Shown one piece after another: positions 27,848 to 37,202 of a stretch of 64,000 bases of DNA; positions within the stretch are counted from its first letter, which is position 1; every line of letters starts with the position of its first letter. The notes under the pieces were generated by a model. It was not told where the DNA came from, searched no databases, and saw only the letters and a list, made by a program, of their open reading frames with translations. The DNA comes from a bacterium (GTDB lineage: Bacteria; Bacillota_I; Bacilli_A; RFN20; CAG-826), in contig CAVIJK010000003.1 in NCBI GenBank assembly GCA_963643345.1, positions 484-64,483 on the forward strand, given 5' to 3'. A program made the translations under genes and the position numbers.

Positions 27848-27945
27848 CAACCGGAGCTGACCGATATCGTCGGCTGAGAGGAGTCTTGAGCAGACTCGAC
27901 GGCACCTGATCCAGGTAATGCTGGCGGAGGTAGTGGGACAATTTA
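27848..27945 (+). promoter_or_regulatory. TPP (THI-box) riboswitch
   Basis: GGCTGAGAG ... GGCACCTGATCCAGGTAATGCTGGCG matches the THI-box core (CUGAGA / ACCUGAUCUGGAUAAUGCCAGCG). Downstream CCTCC (27959-27963) can sequester the GGAGG RBS (27973-27977). Confidence 0.82.
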
Positions 27946-27985
27946 ATTTGTCGTGGTGCCTCCCTGTTAATAGGAGGTATTTTTT

Positions 27986-29035
27986 ATGGAAGAAACAAAT
28001 CAGGCAAAACAAAGTAAGAGCACTTCCCTGACCATTTGGGGAAATATCGCCGCAGTGGTGTTTGCTATTGCGGGAGTTTTGTTCACTTTAGCACCGTTAT
28101 TCACGGTAGAACTAAAGTGGTACGAAGGTGAAACAAAGGTGAAAGATTGGATTGCAATCAATCTTATTTCATCATTTAGCGGTCCTTATGCGGATAAGTC
28201 ATGGAACTGGACAATCATTACTTTGCTGGTTCTTATTGGGTTTGGAATAGTGCTTGGAAGGTTGAGTTTGCTCTTTAGGGACAAAGAAAAAGTCTCTGAT
28301 GGATTAAAAATTGGAGCAGTGTTCTCTTACGTTCTTGCAATCTGCATGGTTTTTGTTTCAAAAGAAGCGTTCAATTCAATCATGCAATACAACATCGAGA
28401 ACTATAATGGCGTTGAAGCTAACTGGGGTTTTGCGGTGAGCATTGCGATGCTGTCATTCGCATCAGTTGCCGAATTAAGTACAACTGAATCCGCAAAGAA
28501 AACATCAACTCAGTCCATTGCGGAAGACGCTATTCTAATCGCTGTCGCATTCGTTTTGAATTTTATCAAATTGTTCTCTATGCCAACTGGAGGATCTGTC
28601 AATTTCCAGATGTTTCCTCTTTTCATTATCGCGTTGAGACACGGACCTGCTAAAGGTCTCTTCGCAAGTGGTATTGTCTATGGTCTACTCACATGCATTA
28701 CAGATGGCTATGGATTATATACATTCCCATTTGATTATTTCATCGGATTTGGATCGGTTGCCGTTATCGGATTCTTTAGCAAATTCATATTAAACGGAAA
28801 AGACAACTATAATCTCAAAGGTGAATTGTTCATCTTTATCGCATGTTTTTTGGCAACGGTCATCAGATTCGTCGGTGGATGCACCTCTTCTATGGTCCTA
28901 TATGGCTATACTATAGGCGCCTCGGCCATATACAACGTTGGATATGTCGGAATCTCAGGACTTATCTCAACAGCTGCTTTGATGGCGTTATATGGACCGC
29001 TTCTTAAAGTTAACAAACAGTTTCCGGTAAAATAA
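27986..29035 (+). CDS. thiT: ThiT-like thiamine ECF S-component fused to an extra N-terminal multi-TM region (349 aa)
   Basis: Lies directly behind the TPP riboswitch. The C-terminal half (..FSMPTGGSVNFQMFPLFIIALRHGPAKG..) is ThiT-like. About 170 aa of additional TM helices precede it. Confidence 0.68.
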   Translation: MEETNQAKQSKSTSLTIWGNIAAVVFAIAGVLFTLAPLFTVELKWYEGETKVKDWIAINLISSFSGPYADKSWNWTIITLLVLIGFGIVLGRLSLLFRDKEKVSDGLKIGAVFSYVLAICMVFVSKEAFNSIMQYNIENYNGVEANWGFAVSIAMLSFASVAELSTTESAKKTSTQSIAEDAILIAVAFVLNFIKLFSMPTGGSVNFQMFPLFIIALRHGPAKGLFASGIVYGLLTCITDGYGLYTFPFDYFIGFGSVAVIGFFSKFILNGKDNYNLKGELFIFIACFLATVIRFVGGCTSSMVLYGYTIGASAIYNVGYVGISGLISTAALMALYGPLLKVNKQFPVK

Positions 29036-29125
29036 GTAACTGAAATATAGTCAGGCATCCATTAATCTTGCACCAAATTTGATGTTGAGTTTGTTAATGG
29101 ATGCTTTTTGTTTATAATTGCTAGC

Positions 29126-29764
29126 ATGAAAAAGGTAATCAACGTTCTTGTCATATTAATCAATCTGTTCTTATTCGCTTGTACGATGAGTATAACGATT
29201 TCATATTTCTTCGGCGGCGGAGAAGGAAACATGGAAGTGTTGGGTGTTGAGTGTTTCGATTACTTTACGATCGATTCTAATATCATCTGTGGTTTGGGCT
29301 CATTGCTATACCTTGTTTACTACATCATTTATTTGGTTAAGGGAAAAGAGATCCCCAACTGGGTTAATTGGGTTAAAGTGGCGGTTACCAGTGCGATTCT
29401 TGTGACATTCCTAACTTGCGTTTTATTCCTTGGGCCAACGCAAGGTTACGATAAAGTCTTCCTTGGTAGAAATGTTTTCTTGCATGGCGTTAATCCAGTC
29501 CTGGCTTTCGTCACATTCTGCTTCTTAGAAAAGGGTGTGTTACCGAAAAAAACATGCCTATTTGGTATTGTTCCAACGTTCATATATTCAATCGTCTACG
29601 TAATATGTGTTGTGTTCACCAAAGTATGGGATGATTTTTATGGATTTACATTTGGCGGGCGTTATGGGTTGGTTCCGGTTGTCTTGGCTGTGATGTATGG
29701 TGTCTCTTGTTTAATTGGGTTTGGCGCAATCATCATTAAGAACGCTATATCTAAGAATAATTAG
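29126..29764 (+). CDS. Polytopic membrane protein, unknown function
   Basis: ATG at 29126 (the track start 29108 is TTG). About six hydrophobic helices and no recognised motif. Confidence 0.6.
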   Translation: MKKVINVLVILINLFLFACTMSITISYFFGGGEGNMEVLGVECFDYFTIDSNIICGLGSLLYLVYYIIYLVKGKEIPNWVNWVKVAVTSAILVTFLTCVLFLGPTQGYDKVFLGRNVFLHGVNPVLAFVTFCFLEKGVLPKKTCLFGIVPTFIYSIVYVICVVFTKVWDDFYGFTFGGRYGLVPVVLAVMYGVSCLIGFGAIIIKNAISKNN

Positions 29765-29853
29765 TCACTCTACTTTGGGTGGTGCAAATAACTTTTTCGT
29801 TTTACTCTGTTTCGTGTTATAGTGCTTTGGACCTTTATAAAGGGGGTAGAAAA

Positions 29854-31038
29854 ATGATCGATGAAGAAAATAAAATCGAAGACGTCAAGGAAGAAACTAA
29901 CGTTGATGCCAAGGTAGAGGTTAATGCCGACGCCAAGGAAGACGATGACGAATTCACTGATGTTAAGCCGGTAGAAGAGACTCCAAAAGTTGAAGATACT
30001 CCAGAAGTTGAGGAGAAAAAAGAGCCTGAACAGCCTGCCGTTGAGATGAATGTTGTTGAAGAAGAACCTAGCAAGAGCGCTGCAGATGAATTCCAAGTGC
30101 AGGAAATCAAAGACGCAAAAGGGAAGGTCGTATCTTACACCTATCCTGATGAAAAACTCGAAGCCATTGATAAATCTCGCTGCGATTTCTATGGCGAATA
30201 CAAGAAGACCAACGTTATAAAATGGGTTATAACAATGGTACTTTTGGCACTTATCGTTGCATGCTGGCTTGTCCCAACATACATAGCGGCGCTTAAGAAC
30301 TATTCGATGTATATAACAATCGGGGGATTGGTTGTTTCTCTTATCGGATTATGGCTCATGTCATTCCTGATTAAGAGAAAGACGGATGCCGCGATGAAAG
30401 AGTATTTCCACGTTTACTATGAGAAGAGCGATGAATACGTTTACGGTGATTTAATTGAAAACAAGACTGGCGATGTTGACCAGAAACTTGATCAGCAGGT
30501 TATGGTTGATGCAAACCTCTATGACAATGTGTATAAAGTCGGAAGCCGTAACTGTATCAACTTCGATTACAATCATCACCATGTCGTTTTTGCGGATGCC
30601 GCGGCCCAAATTAAAGGGCAAAAGGCTCTCCAAACTGTCTTCGTTGGCAAATTCCTTGCTACCGATAATGATTGGGATGGTGAAGATTTGATTATCTATC
30701 TCAAAGGCAATAAGAGAGCGCTACCTCCAACTACTTTGAAATATTACGAGTTACTAGAAGACTCAAAATACATGGTAGCATATGGACCAAAGACCGCTAA
30801 GAAGTTCTTAACAAAGAAGGTTAGAGACGCGTTAGCGCAGATTAAGACCAACAAGACGCTTGTGGATGTTGCTATCTCAATTAGAAAAGGCAAAACCTAC
30901 GTTGCTTTAGGATACGAAGATGACTTAATGATTCTTCCTATGGATAAGCCATTCAATCCATCTGCAACAATGCAGTTAAAAGAAGATACCAAGAAAGTTC
31001 TCAATCTCTTAGACGCCATCAATTCAAAACACGAATAA
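29854..31038 (+). CDS. Membrane protein with acidic disordered N-terminus, 2 TM and a C-terminal globular domain, unknown function
   Basis: ATG at 29854 preceded by AAGGGGG. The E/D/K-rich first ~90 aa are followed by two TM segments. Confidence 0.62.
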   Translation: MIDEENKIEDVKEETNVDAKVEVNADAKEDDDEFTDVKPVEETPKVEDTPEVEEKKEPEQPAVEMNVVEEEPSKSAADEFQVQEIKDAKGKVVSYTYPDEKLEAIDKSRCDFYGEYKKTNVIKWVITMVLLALIVACWLVPTYIAALKNYSMYITIGGLVVSLIGLWLMSFLIKRKTDAAMKEYFHVYYEKSDEYVYGDLIENKTGDVDQKLDQQVMVDANLYDNVYKVGSRNCINFDYNHHHVVFADAAAQIKGQKALQTVFVGKFLATDNDWDGEDLIIYLKGNKRALPPTTLKYYELLEDSKYMVAYGPKTAKKFLTKKVRDALAQIKTNKTLVDVAISIRKGKTYVALGYEDDLMILPMDKPFNPSATMQLKEDTKKVLNLLDAINSKHE

Positions 31039-31044
31039 CGAACT

Positions 31045-31073
31045 GGTCAGCTTAACTAGCTGGCCTTTTTTTC
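31045..31073 (+). terminator. Intrinsic terminator
   Basis: GGTCAGCT..AGCTGGCC stem followed by TTTTTTT. Confidence 0.75.
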
Positions 31074-31174
31074 TTGCCGAAAACAACTTTTTAAATAAAA
31101 AAGTTTAGTAAGTATCCGTTTAAGCATATAATACAAAACGAAGAACCGATTAATCGGTTTGCTCCCTATTTGTT

Positions 31175-31738
31175 ATGAATTACACATCTGAATCAAAACG
31201 TTTTTCCAAGTGGGTTACCGTTCAGGCCTACAAGCATGACGGCTTACTCCATAGACAATGGTCTCCTGCTTATCTCGCCTTAGAGACCGATGACTTTTGG
31301 GCTCTGACTTCCAAAGCATCCCTTGTCACTGAGTGTGACGGGAGAAGATGGATGACCAAAGAGCCTGCCGTATTTTTCCTCTTTAAGAAACGATGGATGA
31401 ACATCATTGCGATGATGAAAGACAATGGTGGGATTGTCTATTATGTTAACGTAGCTTCCCCGACCATCTTGGATAACGGATTCCTCAAGTACATCGATTA
31501 TGATTTGGATGTTAAGCTCTTCCCGGATGGCGCGATAAAAACGCTAGATGAGCAGGAATTCGAAAAACACATCCAGTTTTATGGCTATTCTAGTGAACTC
31601 GTCGGAGTCATTAGAAAGAGCTTTAAAGAAATACAAGCGAACATGATGTGCAAAGAATTTCCTTTCAATGTTCCAGATGTATTGAATATTTTTCAGAAAT
31701 TTTTAGATGAGAACCATCCGTTCCAGGTAAGGCAATAA
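31175..31738 (+). CDS. DUF402-family nucleoside tri/diphosphate phosphatase-like protein
   Basis: VQAYKHDG..HRQW, YYVNVASP and YIDYDLDVK are typical of the DUF402/Ntdp family. Confidence 0.68.
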   Translation: MNYTSESKRFSKWVTVQAYKHDGLLHRQWSPAYLALETDDFWALTSKASLVTECDGRRWMTKEPAVFFLFKKRWMNIIAMMKDNGGIVYYVNVASPTILDNGFLKYIDYDLDVKLFPDGAIKTLDEQEFEKHIQFYGYSSELVGVIRKSFKEIQANMMCKEFPFNVPDVLNIFQKFLDENHPFQVRQ

Positions 31739-32199
31739 TGGAATTTAAGTTAACCACCCATTCAAAAGAAGAAACTAGAAGATTAGGCGCATTTGTGGCT
31801 CAACTTTTTAAGAGAGGGGACGTTGTGCTCCTTAAAGGTGATCTAGGCGCCGGAAAAACAACATTTACAGGCGGGGTTGCAGAGGCTCTCCATATCGAAG
31901 ACCATGTCATATCACCTACATTTAACATCATGAAATGCTACGTTGGCGGCGATCTTCCTTTATATCATATCGACGCATATAGACTCGAAGGGCAAAATAT
32001 CGAGATTGGCCTTGATGAGTTTATCGAAGGGGACGGCGTTTGTTTCATCGAATGGCCGCAATACATTGAACCTCTTATTCCCGACGAAGTGCTCTCTATC
32101 ACCCTTTTGAACAAAGGAGATGACAATAGGGAAATCACTCTTGAATCAGATGATCGTCATTTCATTGAGATCATCAATAAAGTTAAGGAGGCGTTCTAA
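31738..32199 (+). CDS. tsaE: tRNA t6A37 biosynthesis ATPase TsaE
   Basis: GDLGAGKTTFTGG P-loop, small size, and position upstream of tsaB-rimI-tsaD. Confidence 0.87.
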   Translation: MEFKLTTHSKEETRRLGAFVAQLFKRGDVVLLKGDLGAGKTTFTGGVAEALHIEDHVISPTFNIMKCYVGGDLPLYHIDAYRLEGQNIEIGLDEFIEGDGVCFIEWPQYIEPLIPDEVLSITLLNKGDDNREITLESDDRHFIEIINKVKEAF

Positions 32200-32201
32200 T
32201 T

Positions 32202-32792
32202 ATGTATAGCATCCTGATTGATACATCGGATAAATATCTGTCGCTTGGTTTATCAAAAGATAACACAATTGTTGATTCAATCTCTTATGAATGTTGGCAA
32301 AGACAAAGCGAATTTCTCATTTCTGAGCTAGATACGCTCATGAAAAGAAATAACGTTTCAAGAAACGATATCGGAACGGTTGTGGCTTCTAAAGGCCCTG
32401 GTTCTTATACCGGGATAAGAATTGCTCTTACCGTCGCTAAAGTCATGGCCTTTGCTTTAGATATTCCTTTATATCTCGCTAGTTCGCTTGAAGTCCTCAA
32501 AGATTTTAGCACCCCTTCAATTTGTGTGGTCAATGCGAGGTCCAAGAGGAGTTATGTTGGAGTTTATGATGGCGAAACAACCGTTATGAGCGACACGATC
32601 ATGGATAATAAGGATTTGCTCGATTACATCGCTAATCACCCAGAATACAAAGTGTGTGGTGATGTTGCCTATCTTGGCTTAGAAGGCTATCAAGCTAACA
32701 TTCTTGAATCTCTCAATGAATTGAAGATCGGAAGAAATCTAGAAAAAGATGTGCTTGCCGCTAAACCTATTTATCTCAAGGACAATTATTAA
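32202..32792 (+). CDS. tsaB: tRNA t6A37 biosynthesis protein TsaB
   Basis: GPGSYTGIRIALTVAK motif and operon context. Confidence 0.85.
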   Translation: MYSILIDTSDKYLSLGLSKDNTIVDSISYECWQRQSEFLISELDTLMKRNNVSRNDIGTVVASKGPGSYTGIRIALTVAKVMAFALDIPLYLASSLEVLKDFSTPSICVVNARSKRSYVGVYDGETTVMSDTIMDNKDLLDYIANHPEYKVCGDVAYLGLEGYQANILESLNELKIGRNLEKDVLAAKPIYLKDNY

Positions 32793-32793
32793 T

Positions 32794-33246
32794 ATGGCTG
32801 AGCTTACCATAAGAAAAATGTCTGATGATGATTTAGATATCATCGAGCAATTGGAGAGCGTTTCCCTTAAAGCGCCATGGAATAAGAATGTGCTTTATAG
32901 CGACCTTCATGAAAATCCATGCAGTGTGATTCTTGTTGCGGAGATGGATGGAAGGGTTGCCGGATATCTTGATTTCATGATCACATTTGACAGCGCAACC
33001 ATCTCTCGCATCGCCGTCTTCCCTGAATATAGAAGAAACGGTATTGCTAAAGCCCTGCTTAATGAGATGAATGATATCTGCAAAAAACAAGAAGACCCAA
33101 TTGCCTGGATAACATTAGAGGTTAGGCCAAGCAATGTGAATGCTATTAACCTGTACCTCTCATCAGGCTATGAGAAGGTAACTATTAAGAAAGCCTATTA
33201 CGATGATGGCGAGGATGCCATCTATATGATGAGGAGTTTGTTATGA
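32794..33246 (+). CDS. rimI: Ribosomal-protein-alanine N-acetyltransferase RimI (GNAT)
   Basis: GNAT motif RRNGIAKALL, located between tsaB and tsaD. ATG at 32794 chosen over the overlapping track start. Confidence 0.8.
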   Translation: MAELTIRKMSDDDLDIIEQLESVSLKAPWNKNVLYSDLHENPCSVILVAEMDGRVAGYLDFMITFDSATISRIAVFPEYRRNGIAKALLNEMNDICKKQEDPIAWITLEVRPSNVNAINLYLSSGYEKVTIKKAYYDDGEDAIYMMRSLL

Positions 33247-34256
33247 CTAGAATCCTTGCAATTGAATCAAGTTGTGACGAAACAGCTGTAGCCATCACCG
33301 AAGATGGCAAATTATTGTGCAATGTCGTCTCTTCTCAGGTGGCCGTGCATGCTAAATATGGCGGAGTTATGCCTGAGATTGCGTCTAGATTGCACGCCGA
33401 GAATATCGATGTTTGCTTAAAGGAAGCCCTAGATACCTCTGGGTTAAAGTTTGAGGACATGGATGCAATCGCGGTTACTAGAGGTCCTGGATTAATCGGT
33501 TGCTTACATGTTGGCTTGCAGGCTGCTAAAACAATCGCAATGTTATACAACAAGCCATTAATACCGGTACATCACCTTGCTGGACATATCTATGCAAATG
33601 AGTACGCCGGCGAATTTAAGTTCCCAATGCTATGCGTTGTGGTATCTGGTGGGAACACTGAACTTGTCATTATGAGAGACCATCTCAATTTCGAAATCAT
33701 TGGCGAGACAAAGGATGACGCAGTTGGCGAGTGTTATGACAAAGTTGCTAGAGTTCTTGGTTTCCCATATCCGGGCGGTCTTCCGATAGATAGAGCTGCA
33801 AAGGAAGGAAAACACACATACGACCTACCGATGCCTTTATCGCATGAAGACTCTTATGATTTCTCGTATTCAGGCTTAAAGACCAGCGTTATCAACCTTG
33901 CTAACACCCTTAAGATGAGAGGCGAAGAACTTAGGCCTAACGACCTCGCTAAATCATTCCAAGATGTTGCAATTGGCATGATTGTTGAAAAAGCAACCAA
34001 AGCGGCTAGGGAATACAATGTTAAGCAAGTAATTCTTGCTGGCGGGGTTTCCGCTAATTCCTATCTTAGAGAGTGCATGAAGAATAGACTCGCCAATACC
34101 GGGATCGATTTGATAATTCCACCTTTATGGTGCACAACAGATAATGCAGCAATGATTGCTAAGGTTGCTGAGAGACTCTACAAAGAAGGCGTTTTTGCGG
34201 ATTTGTCGCTCGGTGTTGATCCTAACTGGAAGATCGATCAGTTTAGGAAGTTTTAA
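33243..34256 (+). CDS. tsaD: tRNA N6-adenosine threonylcarbamoyltransferase TsaD
   Basis: ILAIESSCDETAVA, HH.AGH and VSGGNTE motifs. Confidence 0.94.
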   Translation: MTRILAIESSCDETAVAITEDGKLLCNVVSSQVAVHAKYGGVMPEIASRLHAENIDVCLKEALDTSGLKFEDMDAIAVTRGPGLIGCLHVGLQAAKTIAMLYNKPLIPVHHLAGHIYANEYAGEFKFPMLCVVVSGGNTELVIMRDHLNFEIIGETKDDAVGECYDKVARVLGFPYPGGLPIDRAAKEGKHTYDLPMPLSHEDSYDFSYSGLKTSVINLANTLKMRGEELRPNDLAKSFQDVAIGMIVEKATKAAREYNVKQVILAGGVSANSYLRECMKNRLANTGIDLIIPPLWCTTDNAAMIAKVAERLYKEGVFADLSLGVDPNWKIDQFRKF

Positions 34257-34328
34257 TAAATATTAAGTTAATTAAGTTTGTGTTTAATGTATACTTGCAA
34301 ACGCAATAAGGAAAAAGGAGATAAAGTT

Positions 34329-35735
34329 ATGAGCAAAGTAATTGATGTTCGTACAACCTATGAAGCCTTCTCTAACGGGGCTGACCTCTCCGCATTTGGC
34401 GAGGTGGAGATTTATGGATGGGCTAGAACAAATAGAAATTCCGGTCAGGTCGGATTTATTGAGCTTCATGATGGAACGGCTTTCAAGTCAATCCAAGTGG
34501 TTTACTCAAATGACAGCGAGGATTATGATGCGATTGCCCATATCTCTACCGCATCCGCCATTAAAGTCGTTGGTAATATCGTTGTAACTCCAGGCATGAA
34601 ACAGCCATTCGAAATACATGCCAAGACAGTTGAGCTTTTGGGAGATGTCGCTGAAGATTATCCTCTCCAGAAGAAGAGAGCCTCACTTGAATTCTTACGT
34701 GATATAGCATATCTACGTCCTAGGGCAAATACATTCCAGGCCGTCTTCCGCGTTAGATCTGTCCTTGCCATGGCGGTACATACTTTCTTCCAGGATAGAG
34801 GCTTTGTTTATGTTCACACGCCTGAAATCACCGCAAACGATGCCGAAGGCGCAGGGTCGGTATTTACAATTTCTACCGAAGGAACACCACATCCTTATAC
34901 AGATTTCTACGGTACAAAAGCTTCGTTAACGGTTTCTGGCCAATTACATGTTGAAGCTTTTGCGTTAGCTTTCAAGGATGTTTATACATTCGGTCCTACA
35001 TTCCGTGCCGAAAAATCAAACACCAAGAGACATGCATCCGAATTCTGGATGATTGAGCCGGAACTCGCTTTCTGTGATTTGAATGGCGATATGGAATGCA
35101 TTGAAGAATGCATTAAGTTCTGTATCCGCTACGTCTTGGATAAATGCCCAGATGAAATGGCGTTCTTCTCTACATGGATCGACAAAGGACTCATGGATAA
35201 ACTTAATTCAGTTCTCAACACACCATTCACAAGAATGGATTATACGGAGGGAATCAGACTTCTTCAGGAAGCTGTCAAGAATGGGCATAAATTCGATTGC
35301 GACAAGATCGAATGGGGAATGGACCTCCAATCTGAACACGAGAGATATCTTACCGAACAGGTTGTTAAGGGGCCAACATTCTTAATTAACTATCCAGAAG
35401 CGATAAAAGCCTTCTACATGAAAGAGAATGGTCCTGACAAAGTCGGGCCTAATGGAGAGAAGACTGTTGCTGCATGCGATTTGCTCGTTCCGGGAGAAGG
35501 TGAAATCGTCGGCGGTTCTCAAAGAGAAGAAATATACGATGTCTTAAAGGCCAAGATGGATAAACTTGGAAACACAAAGGGACTTGAATGGTATCTCAAT
35601 CTCCGTAAATATGGTGGATGTGTCCACTCGGGATTCGGAATCGGATTCGATAGACTGCTTATGTATATCACTGGCATCGATAACATCAGAGATACTGAGC
35701 CATATCCGCGTACATCTAACGCCTTGAAGTATTAA
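34329..35735 (+). CDS. asnS: Asparagine--tRNA ligase
   Basis: Class IIb motifs FGPTFRAEKSNTKRHASEFWMIEPE and GFGIGFDRL. ATG at 34329 follows AAAGGAG. Confidence 0.9.
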   Translation: MSKVIDVRTTYEAFSNGADLSAFGEVEIYGWARTNRNSGQVGFIELHDGTAFKSIQVVYSNDSEDYDAIAHISTASAIKVVGNIVVTPGMKQPFEIHAKTVELLGDVAEDYPLQKKRASLEFLRDIAYLRPRANTFQAVFRVRSVLAMAVHTFFQDRGFVYVHTPEITANDAEGAGSVFTISTEGTPHPYTDFYGTKASLTVSGQLHVEAFALAFKDVYTFGPTFRAEKSNTKRHASEFWMIEPELAFCDLNGDMECIEECIKFCIRYVLDKCPDEMAFFSTWIDKGLMDKLNSVLNTPFTRMDYTEGIRLLQEAVKNGHKFDCDKIEWGMDLQSEHERYLTEQVVKGPTFLINYPEAIKAFYMKENGPDKVGPNGEKTVAACDLLVPGEGEIVGGSQREEIYDVLKAKMDKLGNTKGLEWYLNLRKYGGCVHSGFGIGFDRLLMYITGIDNIRDTEPYPRTSNALKY

Positions 35736-35736
35736 T

Positions 35737-35889
35737 ATGTCAGATATCAAGACAACCCAAAAAGAAACGTTAACTCCCGAGGGCAAGAAAAACATTGCCA
35801 AAAAGAGAACGTTCTTCGCAATCGTAATCATGGATTGCATCCTTGCATTGGTTCTCGCTTGGACAATCATCAGTATCTTTGTCAAATAG
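35737..35889 (+). CDS. Small 50-aa single-TM protein (below the track cutoff)
   Basis: ATG 1 nt after the asnS stop. MSDIKTTQKETLTPEGKKNIAKKRTFFAIVIMDCILALVLAWTIISIFVK, followed by a hairpin terminator. Confidence 0.4.
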   Translation: MSDIKTTQKETLTPEGKKNIAKKRTFFAIVIMDCILALVLAWTIISIFVK

Positions 35890-35906
35890 CCAAAAGAACA
35901 AATTAA

Positions 35907-35925
35907 AACCGCCAAATCGGCGGTT
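35907..35925. terminator. Bidirectional hairpin terminator between convergent genes
   Basis: AACCGCC..GGCGGTT stem flanked by A-run and T-run. Confidence 0.6.
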
Positions 35926-35933
35926 CTAATTTG

Positions 35934-36611
35934 TTACTGTTGTTGTTTTTCTTGTTTATCCTTATCTACCGCTTTAGCTGTCTCGTCATAGAAGTTGAAT
36001 CCTTTTAAGGAGTTCTTGTAGGTTTCTTCGATTATTCTTCTGAGTTTAATGGCTCTTCCAATAAACGCTTGGGAGACTATAAAGAGATATGTTGTTGCAA
36101 GGATAAAGATTGTAACGATTATGTACGAAGCCCAGTGAGCGCCAACCCATTGAGGGTATTCCTTAACTGATAGCGACATTAATTTATAGAATCCAATGAA
36201 ATCTTTCTCCCATGTCGCATCGAATTTGAAAAACAAGTCATTGAAGTTTGCGAAATGGTTTGTACTAAATCCGCCTCCTGAGAGCGTACATAATGAGTAA
36301 ACGATCCAGAAGATTAGAACGAAGGTAAGAGCGATTATGGAAGGAGTTGACTCTTTAACGAACATCCTTGCGTTTTTCTTACGTCCGTATTTCATGGCAT
36401 CTTTTCCATTTTCAATGATGCGATATTTGATTGGTTCAGCAATATTGCTCTCAATCCTCTCGCCCATTTTATTCGTAATGTAACGGACGAGCATTCCAAT
36501 GAATCCCGCCAGAAGCAAAATTACCACGAATATGACGAGGAGAATCATTAATAGTCTTCTGTCGCTTTCGGACATCTCGAAGCTGACCAATAACGTATTT
36601 AGGTATTTCAT
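35934..36611 (-). CDS. Membrane protein, unknown function (225 aa)
   Basis: Several TM helices. Its start overlaps the stop of the upstream gene by 1 nt. Confidence 0.6.
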   Translation of the reverse strand: MKYLNTLLVSFEMSESDRRLLMILLVIFVVILLLAGFIGMLVRYITNKMGERIESNIAEPIKYRIIENGKDAMKYGRKKNARMFVKESTPSIIALTFVLIFWIVYSLCTLSGGGFSTNHFANFNDLFFKFDATWEKDFIGFYKLMSLSVKEYPQWVGAHWASYIIVTIFILATTYLFIVSQAFIGRAIKLRRIIEETYKNSLKGFNFYDETAKAVDKDKQEKQQQ

Positions 36612-37174
36612 TAGTCATCATCCTCCAATGTCCAGAGGTCCAATGATTCGATTTGGTCCTGTTTGTTATCTATCATTTTTTGATCATGAGTTTCTAATTG
36701 GTCGAATGTTGGTTCTTTAAGTTCATTATTAGAACTATTCATATAAGTAGTATCAACTTCCGTTGCGTCCATATCAATACGGGGATTCGGGTTTCTAAAT
36801 TGAGGACCGGACCCTTGATTCATATTAGGTTGAGGATTGCCGTAGTAGTTGTTGGTGACGTTATATGTTGATTGCTGGGAATTGTCTTGATTTGAAACGT
36901 TAGATGTGGTGTTGACCGGCGCCGGAGCGGCCTGTGTATGCTCAGGATTCGTAGCTTGGTCCTGAAGTTTTTTCTTTATCTCTTTGACTTTTGCGTCTTC
37001 TGGTAATTCCTCGAAGAATGTATCGCCTTTAAAGAAACGGATTGTTCCCTTAAAAAGATAGAAGATATATATGCCGAGCCCGTATACCGCATAGCAAACC
37101 ACTCCTAATATTAGGAGAGGTAAGGCGATGAAGTAGAGGAGTCCTAGTCCAAAATTCTTAATGAATTTTACCAT
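36611..37174 (-). CDS. Membrane protein with N/Q/P-rich low-complexity cytoplasmic region (187 aa)
   Basis: N-terminal TM hairpin, then ...NVSNQDNSQQSTYNVTNNYYGNPQPNMNQGSGPQFRNPNP... Confidence 0.6.
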   Translation of the reverse strand: MVKFIKNFGLGLLYFIALPLLILGVVCYAVYGLGIYIFYLFKGTIRFFKGDTFFEELPEDAKVKEIKKKLQDQATNPEHTQAAPAPVNTTSNVSNQDNSQQSTYNVTNNYYGNPQPNMNQGSGPQFRNPNPRIDMDATEVDTTYMNSSNNELKEPTFDQLETHDQKMIDNKQDQIESLDLWTLEDDD

Positions 37175-37202
37175 GGTTATATATTAATTTTTTGACTAAC
37201 AA

